From a virus (lineage: Duplodnaviria > Caudoviricetes), in IMG/VR virus record IMGVR_UViG_3300025151_000036, positions 1 to 62,618 of that record: a DNA stretch of 62,618 bases; one strand, 5' to 3'. Both the position numbers and the translations under genes were made by a program. Below the pieces are notes generated by a model, which saw only the letters and a program-made list of their open reading frames with translations, ran no database searches and had not been told where the DNA came from. Shown piece by piece: positions 17,594 to 27,400 of this stretch. Positions within the stretch are counted from its first letter, which is position 1. Each line of letters begins with the position of its first letter.

Positions 17594-18454
17594 TCATTGT
17601 AAAGCTGTTCCTACGCTTTGATTGGTAGCAGAAAAATAACCAAGCGTTTTTCCAAAACTAATATGATGTGGTATAAGTCGTGGGTTAGCAAATGCTATAA
17701 GCTTTCCGTTATTATTATTGTCTACTCTCGCAGAAAGATAAAGTATGGATTCATTGGAAAATTTTACATACATTCTAAGTCGGTTCCAAACGCCGGCATG
17801 TACGTCTTGTCTCCTAGAATAAAATGTAGCGCCAGTACGTGGAGAATCCAGGCGAAATCCAGTGTCGCCTGACCATGGGTTAAAATCACCATCAATTTGT
17901 GAATGTTGATTGCCATCAAAATCATAATTACCTTGTCCATCACATCCAAACAAGAATAACTCTACTGACAGAGGCGAATTTGGAGGATTTGTATCAGCAA
18001 AAGGAGCCCAAGTGTAACTAGATATTCCAGTTTCAGTTTCGGTCCATGTATTAGATTGAATAATACGTGCCCATATACTAAATTCCCAAACTACATCAGC
18101 TGCTTGGTCATAACCAAAAAAACCTACAAAATTATGTGCTATCATATAATTTAGATCGCCGGTGTATTGATTTGTATAAGTATCATTATTACCAGCTAAT
18201 ACTGCAAAATCATAAGTACTAGGATCGTTTTGTGGTGATACAGCTGATATACGTTTAACAAAACCAGTATTAGTAGTTTGCCATGGGATAGGGGGAGTGA
18301 ATGCATTCGGTGGCATCCAAGCTTCATAGTTTGTATAAGGCTGTGCTAATGCAGTTGATTGCATTGCTCTACATCTGGATGATCCTAGGTATATAGGATA
18401 TGACGGGTCCCGGGCGCTTCGGCTACCACTTAAGAATGATAGATTACTTGGCAT
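17594..18454 (-). CDS. hypothetical protein (286 aa), possible fibre-associated beta-sandwich protein
   Basis: Overlaps the end of the 3701-aa fibre gene; aromatic-rich; function not recognised. Confidence 0.65.
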   Translation of the reverse strand: MPSNLSFLSGSRSARDPSYPIYLGSSRCRAMQSTALAQPYTNYEAWMPPNAFTPPIPWQTTNTGFVKRISAVSPQNDPSTYDFAVLAGNNDTYTNQYTGDLNYMIAHNFVGFFGYDQAADVVWEFSIWARIIQSNTWTETETGISSYTWAPFADTNPPNSPLSVELFLFGCDGQGNYDFDGNQHSQIDGDFNPWSGDTGFRLDSPRTGATFYSRRQDVHAGVWNRLRMYVKFSNESILYLSARVDNNNNGKLIAFANPRLIPHHISFGKTLGYFSATNQSVGTALQ

Positions 18455-21400
18455 CGTTTAACCTCTTTTTGAGAACGTCTACTTCAGTTTTTAATTCTTT
18501 AATGGCCTCGATTAAATGAGGAACTAACTGTTCATATTGCACTGTTTTATATTCAGAATCATCTCCGGCGGGTGCATGTAAAGGTAACTGCATTTCTTTC
18601 ACAACTTCTGGTACATGTGGTTCCACTTGCTGGGCAATTACTCCTAATTGAGGTCCGGTGTCTCGATATTTCCAATCATATCGAACTCCTTCCAAGTTAC
18701 AGATGGTATCCAAGCTACCGGTTAACAATTGTATATTTGTTTTTAATCGTTTATCTGATACAGTAGTTGAAAATGCGATAAGATCATCTGCAAAATGCAC
18801 ATGCTGATCTTGATTAACACGTATTACTTCGTTTGATGTGGTATGCGGATCTTGCCCATTTGGAGCAGTACCAATAGATAAATACCCACCTTTTGCACTC
18901 GAGCCATGAGCCTCTGATGCAAATGCTGCTATATATGCAGATGATTGTAAAATATTATCTGGTATTGTGGTGGTATCGTTATCTGCAGAATCAAATCCTA
19001 TACCTCCTAATAATTCATCGGTACCGGTGTTAGAATCGTTACGTATAATTTGTATTCCTTGACTACCGTCATTTCCAGATGTAATAATATCTAATTTATT
19101 AACTGGTTCCCAGCCATTATCACCTATAGTCATGTTTCCGGCAGTTTTAATTGCGGTATTGGTAATTTTAGCTCTTAACGTATTATTCGTTACAAATTGA
19201 ATTTCGTTGTCGAAAACGAAAGATATAGTGTCACTGGTATCACGTCCTAACACTAAGGAGCTATTATATATTCCAGATACATGATTTAATGTTGACTCTA
19301 TACTTACTGCACCAGTAGCTGAATTATAATCTATATCATTACCTGCAGTTATTAGAGTCGGCGTGCCGCCTCCACCAGAACCATAACTACCGGTATACAT
19401 TAATTCATCAGTTGAAGTATCGTATACCAATGCCATAATATTATCATTATGAGTAGTTGTTTCAGATAACCCGGCAAATAACTTTCCAGATGCACTTATG
19501 TCACCAGTTACTGTCAATGCTTTAGTTGGTTTAGTTGTTCCTATACCAACTTGCTGATCATGATCAATATACATTGCTCTGGTAACGGTACCTCCATTCT
19601 TAGTCCAAAAAGACAACGCTCCTTCACTTTCAGAGCCGGCATCATCAGAATTATCATTTACCCAAGATATCCTAGCCCATTCGTTACTGTTATTAGAATC
19701 ACTAGCCCACATGGAAATATGACCTTCTGTAGTTGCTTTAATATCTCCTCCGGGTACATCTCTTTCTAATTTTACTACTTGTACAGATGGTTGACCTGAT
19801 GAAAAGGCTGTATTGTCTACTACATGTAGCTTGGCTGCCGGAGATGGTGTTCCTATACCTACATTACCACTAACTATGAGGTGACCTGATGCACTTATGT
19901 TACCGGAGGCTGTTATATGGCTCTGAGCAATAATTGGTTTATAAAATGTAGATTTTGATTCAGATATTTCTAATACCGGTACGCTATCATTCTGAAATGC
20001 ATGTTTTGTAGATTCGTATATTATCCTACTAGATGCTCCGGAGGATGCATCTGCTATCAAAATTTGATTTTTCAGTTCTCCTGATACGTTTCCTAATTTA
20101 AGTTGTTTACTAACATCCATTAGAATTCCATTGGCAGGAGTTCCTATGCCGGCGGTGTTATCTCGTCGACCTATAAAAGCATCAAATCCACCAAACATTA
20201 ATATTGGGAAAAAGCTAGCTACATCGTCTGCAAAAGACTCTGAATATGAAAAGTCTATAAGATTAGACTCATTATCTATACCATATGGCCGTATCTGTAA
20301 TGCCGATGCGGTTATGCTAGTATGCACTTTCAATGATCCAGAAATTCCCACATCTACAGATGATGTTAATTCTTGACCGGAATCATGCCAATGTGTATTT
20401 GTAACATAAGATGCGGTAACTGCGTTTGTAACCGTACCAATTATATTATACGGAGCACCATGTATCTGAATTTCTTTAATTGCAACACCAGACGTTCCAT
20501 GGAAGCCATCAAAAAAGCGAAATTCAATATAATTAAATGGTTCAGCATTATTAAACGTTATGGTACGATCATGATTTGCAACTGCAGTAGTGAAAACATC
20601 TCCTGCATCTAGTACAGTCTCGTTAATATATTCTCCAGTCTCAGTGTTATAATCATCAAAGCCTACTACAGTGATTTTAGTAGCGTTATTGCCGGAATCA
20701 AACTGTACAATCCTATATGAGATAGGAATTGGTGCATATCCTAATTTTTTTTCTAACTTATATATTATCTTAGGATTACTATTCATTCTGGCGGCATTCC
20801 ACCTAAGATGTTGGCCTATGGAAGTCGCAGATGAAACAGGAAACGCATTATCAAATGCCTTTTCAGAGCTGTCTGCATCACCGGTGGTAATAAGAACTTT
20901 AGAATCATCATTAAACCCGGTATTAAAATCGTTACCTAAGCCCAGATAACTTTCTTCTTCTTTCCATATATCTGCTGCAGTAAGATCGTTAAGTGGTAAT
21001 ATACCGTTAGTGCTGCTAAGGTCTGGGGTAACAGTTAATGTACCGTTAATAACTGCATTACCATAATATGGAAATGTATCTTGTGCATTTTCAGCATAAG
21101 ATGCGGTCATAACATAAGATGCGGTTGCAGCATAAGATGCGGAAGTTACAAATGATGCGGTTGCAGCATAAGATGCGGAAGTTACAAATGATGCAGATAC
21201 CGCATATGATGCAGAGTTTGCTGATTCTGCATATAAAGCATAAGAACCGGTTCCTACAAATTGAGTTGCTGTAACAATACCAGCATCAAAATATTTAATA
21301 TCATAAACTATAATTCCAGTGTCTAATGCAGATTTTGGTACAGAATATCGTATATAATTAAATGTTTGATGATTTTCAAATTGGAAAGTACGAGTCGGAG

Positions 21401-24400
21401 AAGTATTATATCCAGAACTATCAACTGGTCCTCTATATATTCCTGTCCAATTAGTACCGTCCTGTGAACCAGAAAGTTGGTGTTGGCTTGGCCACCAGCT
21501 GTTAGTCCAGCTTGGGAATAAGACTTCAAATTTATTTATTATAGGTGAATATCCTAGTTTTGATTCTACGTTATAATCAATAGTAACTGAATCAGTTATA
21601 TCACTTTTGCTTATTCCATAACCAGTTGATATTAGACCATCAAATACGCGACCTAAACCATGGTAAATTGCATCCATACCTGTTGTAGACGGGTCTGGAC
21701 TTTGTGTAACAAATAATGAATCTACAGAAGTCAATAAATCTAATTCAGTAGTTTTAAACTCAATTGAGCCAGTAAACTCTGCTCTTCCTGTATACGGAAA
21801 TACCGGTGCTGCATTTAATGCATGAGATGCTGTTACTGCGGTTAATGCAGTTAATGCATGAGATGCAGTTACTGCTGTTGCTGCTGTTGTTGCATTTTCA
21901 ACGGTACCAAATATATTTGTTTCTGATGAATATAATATAATTTCTTCTATTTTTACACCATCCGTTCCATGGTATCCATCAAGGAATTGAAACATTATAA
22001 ATTTAAATGGCATGTTATTATCAAACTCCACAGTGCGATCATGAGCTAGGCTGTACTCAGTAGTACCAGGGTCTAAAGTTGTAATACCTGCCATACCGGT
22101 ACTATTGAATCCGTATACTTTAATTTTAGTAGCGCTCGAATTAGGGTTTAAAAAAGATATATAATATTTGTTAAGGATCGGAGCATATCCTAATTTTCTT
22201 TCTAAGTTATATATTAAATAAGGACTTTCATCTAATTGTGATGTCGTCCATTGTAGGTAGTTTGCACTAATGCCAACAATACTGTCAAATGCATAATGTG
22301 GATTATCTGGATTCATACCAACTGAAAGAACAATAGACTCACTAACGTCAAAGGCTCCTATTATATCGCCAACCACATTACCTTCTTCAATATTCACATC
22401 ATCTTCAGTAAGATCGCGGATCGGTAGTACACCCGATCCATTATCTACAGTTAATATACCATTAATAACTGCTCCACCATAATATGGAAATGGATCTTGT
22501 GCATTTTCAGCATAAGATGCGGTCATAGCATAAGATGCGGTACCTTGCAAACTACCCGTAAATGAATATGCATTAACAGAACCTGAAATACCAATTGATT
22601 TTGATGATGTTAATTCAGTACCAGTATCATACCAAGACCTAGATGCTTCTGTTAAAATATTTTCACCGTTATAAGTAAATGTGCTACCAGTAATGCTCAC
22701 TGAACCAGTAAATGAATGTTGAGTAACTGCCGCATCTGATCCAGAACCAAAATTAGTTGAACCTGACGTTACTGCAAGATCATCAATAGTTACTGCTATT
22801 CCTTGCAATCCAAATATGCTACCGCCAATTCCTAAATCTCCTTGAACATTTGCACCACCAGTTAATGTTAAACTAGACGCTGTTATATTAGATGAAGCAG
22901 ATATGTTAGTAGCAGATATATCGGTAGTTACATAAATGTTCTGTGCATATATATTAGCGCTAGAGGATATATCACCTATCACTTCTAATGATGCACTTGG
23001 ATTAATTGTTCCTACGCCTATTCGTCGATGAGTAAATGCATCAGCTTCTGTTACATCATATACAGTACAAGATGCTAAGAACCAATGAACTGGCTCAGTA
23101 TATACTAATCCATCTGATGGTACAATATAAACATATCCAGCATCGTCATAAGTATCGGTGGTACTAGATCCTACATGATTTATACGTGCATACCATTCCC
23201 ATTTACCAGTACCAATACGATCAGTTAGCCAATATGTGGTTTTGTCTGTACCTTGATGATTTTCTTCGTGTACTAACTCGTGACCAACTGGTACCAATGC
23301 TTTAAATATCTGCACATATGTATGATTCATTTGGTTGGAAGATTGAACAAAGAGATCGGTAGAATTAGAATTTGGATTACGATATCGTTGTATAAATCCA
23401 CCTAATCCCGGTGTAACTGTTCCAACGTTACCTGTTCCATCATATGATATACGTAACACATAACCAGATGAATTCGGTACACCTAACGAATCTAAATTAG
23501 TTTCTCCATTACCTTCATGTAGTAAATTTGCCCAATTAACAGAATCTGCATCAAAGTTAGTTGGATTAGCTAAATCTAGATTCCATTTGAATCGCGTAAT
23601 TGTTACTACATCACTGCCGGCGTTATTATATACTAAAACTCCATTTGTACCATCTGTAAAATCTGTATCTAATCTTAAACATTTACCAGAATTACGTATT
23701 GATGACACAATAGGATTGAATGCTCCTCGTGTAATATTGGCATTACTAAAATCTAATATTTTACGATTATTGAAAGCCAAATTACCAATAATATCAACTG
23801 TTTCTGTCGGGCTTTCAGTTCCTATACCAACTCTATGGTTTGAATTATCTGGTATTAACATTAGACGGCCATCATGTTGATCAGTACCTCTAACTCGTAA
23901 TAATACATTTCCTTTGCCGGTATTATCATTTGCAGCATCTGTTATCTCTAATTCATTTCCTCCTGACGCTACTTGCAAGAAAACGGCATTTGCTTTTTTA
24001 CCAATTACTAAACGACTTCCATGGAAAGATGCTAATTTAGCGAATGTACTATCATTAGACAATGGACGAATATGTATTGCATCTTCACTATATATTGCTC
24101 CGGATGCTGATACTTCGCCAGTAACTGTTAATTTTTTTGCTGGAGATGAATTTCCTATACCAACGTAAGAATTACCGGTAAGTATGTTCATGTTACTAAC
24201 ATGAGATCCATTTGTTGGACCAATAGATATTCTTCCGTTTTCAGCTGAAACATATCCTATTGTATCATTATCTGCAATTTGTATACATGCTTTATTATTT
24301 GTTGATACGAATGAAGCAACTGTACCACTTTCTGATATTTCTACATCCAATTTATAACTTGGTGATATCGTTCCTATACCAACTGAACCAGAAAAATAGA

Positions 24401-27400
24401 AATCGTTAGAATTATATTTATATCCAGCTACAAAATAATCTTTTGGTACTACTAAAAATCCTCCGGTTTCATCTTCAACTAGTTCTCTATTTCGACGATA
24501 CAAACTTGTATATTCTACACTTGGAGATCCTATTATCCGTGTTGGTGAGTTATCACCTTCAAAAATAATACCACCACCTACTTCATCAGATTCTCCTAGG
24601 TATAATTTTCCAGTACCATTAGCATTACCTCGAATTTCTACAGTGGCTATTTGATCATCTGCACCATTCTGTATTCTTAATGTGGAACTACTTGGCTCAA
24701 ATAAGAATTGTTCATCCACATACAGCTTTTCATGTGCTGTACCACTACCACTTACAAACGGTATACGATGAAATTCTTTTACAGAGTCTGGTACTAAAGT
24801 GATGTCAATATTATCTGCGTTTGCTGTGGAATTAGCAGATTCTAGCGCGGCAATAGATTTGCTAACATCTGCATATCCAGTTATTGACAACGTACCGCTC
24901 ACATCCAAAGAACCAGTAATTTTAGTGTCTAGTGATGATGTGATATATGTTGTGGCATCATGCCAAATGTATCCATCTGCGTTAGCCGCAAATTCTGCAT
25001 AACTGGCAGTATCTGCAACTAATGCATGAGAAGCTGATACGGCAAATGATGCAGTACCTTGCAGGCTTCCAGTAAATGATGTGGCTTTAACATTGCCATT
25101 AACTTCTAATTTTGCATCAGGCTCTGTAGTTCCTATACCTACGTTACCACCATTGAAATAGGATTTGCCATAACCTCTTACAACAACATTTTGAGTTCCT
25201 GCTTCATTATATAAATTAATTAAACCTCCATTTGCGTTATCGTACCCTATTAATGCTTTTTGAACTCCAGAAGAATTAAGTATATTTATTTTAGAATCTC
25301 CACCTGAACCTGGCTTTAGTTCTAATAATTCAGTTGGGCTAATCGTTCCAATACCAACTTTACCAACTCCAATTTTATCGCGGTCTGCTTCAACAGTTAA
25401 TATTGCGCTAGGAGTTGCTGCGGCATTTGCATCTCCACTGCCTTCTGAACCACTATGATATCCTACATGCCAAGTTTTACCATCGTTGTTATATCCAACT
25501 CCGCTAAACCATTGTTTGGTATTAACAGTATCTCTCCAATAAACTCCTCCGCCTCTTGTAGAATTTGTTGAGTCTATTACTACTCGGCCATGTGTATGCC
25601 CATTGCCGGATGAGTTTAAATATAAAGTAGCTTGTGATGAAGTGATTTGCGCGTCACCGTAAACATCTAACTTATAAGCTGGTGATGTAGTTCCTATACC
25701 TAAGCCAGTCGATGTCAAACGCATTTTTTCTGTAGCATTTCCTGTAGAGAAAGAAATACTATCGTTACTATTAGCCGTTCCTATTTCTAGTAATTGAGCA
25801 CTGTGACCCCACCTGATAAATGCTCCAAAGTTATCACTTGGAGATGTCCAAACTAAACCACCAGTTGCAGAGTCCGGATTGATAAATCTTAAATAATTAG
25901 TTGTATTGCTTTCAACCAACATGGATGTTCCAGTGTCAACACTGCTAACACCAGAACTACCAGCTGTTACTTGTAATTTAGCTAAAGGTGAAGTTGCTCC
26001 TATACCAACATTACCATCATGAGTAATTCTCATTCTTTCTCGTGATCCACTGGTAGCAAATGCAATATGAGAACCTGCTTGATTTGATTTATTTGATAAA
26101 CGTAAATAACCACCATTACCATCGTATTGAAGCTCACCAAAATAACCAAACATCATTGTTGAATGATACGTTTCATCATATTTTAATTCAAATTGCTGAT
26201 ATGTATCTTGATATGCTTTAAAAGCACTTGTAGCTCCAGTAGTAGAAATATGTAGTTTTGATGAAGGACTTGGTTCTCCTATACCAACTTCGCCAGTATC
26301 AAGAATACGAACTCTTTCAGTATTGTTTGTGAACATACGTATGTGTTCATTAGCAGTTGTTCCTATCTGAAAATGTTCATCATCAATTTTAACGAATGCT
26401 TCGTTTGAGTAATTGTTATGAGCATATAATTTAATACCGGCTGCATTTTCATTGCCGGCACTGCCAGTTGCATGTATGTAAAGTTGTGCGTCACTATTTC
26501 CTGCTTCATATAAATGTAATAGATTGGATGGCGAAGTTGCTCCTATACCAACTTTACCCGTAGAATCAACACGTAGCCTTTCGGTATCAGATGTTCTGAT
26601 TATAAAATCTCCATCTGAAGCGTTACCAAGTTGAACTCTATTTAAACCATCGTTATAAATATCTAAAAAAGTAAAGGTGTTATTAGAGTTTAAAATTGCT
26701 GTTACATTTTCTGAAGAAGAGATTTCTAATTTTGCACCAGGCGTAGCAGTTCCTTTTCCAATACCAACCTTTCCTTGATAAAACCACATGTCATAGTTTG
26801 AGTTATTGACATCGTAGAAACCGTAACCATGATTACTTGCATGAGGGACTAATTTGAATTGAGCTCCGGCAGGTTTTCCTACTCTAATATAACCATCTTG
26901 CACATCTAATTTATCTTGAGGGTTATCTGTTCCAATACCAACTTTACCGCCGTCCATTATTAATTTGCTACCAGTAATAAATACGGATCCGGTAAAACGG
27001 TGATTTGTTTGTGCAGGATTTGATCCAGAACCAAAATTAGTAGATCCGGATAACACTGATACTTGATCAAGTGTAATTCCAAAGCCATTTAAACCAAATA
27101 TTGAGCCACCTTCTATAGATAAATTACCTCCTATTGTGGCATCTTCAGTTGTATTCAATGTTCCGGAAACTAGTAAAGATCCAGTTATTTGCACATCTGT
27201 AGATGCTGTAATATAAGTAGTTCCGTTATACCATAATGCATCTTCAATATTTAATGCAGTATCTGCAACTAATGCGTGAGAAGCTGATACGGCAAATGAT
27301 GCGGTACCTTGCAGGCTTCCGGTAAATGATGTGGCTTTTATATTGCCATTAACTTCTAATTTTGCATCAGGTTCTGTAGTTCCGATACCAAATTTACCGG

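Noticed and set aside
25006-27389. Repeat pair as a diversity-generating retroelement TR/VR
   Set aside because: Mismatches are not confined to adenines of one copy, both copies are mid-gene, and no reverse transcriptase is present in the window
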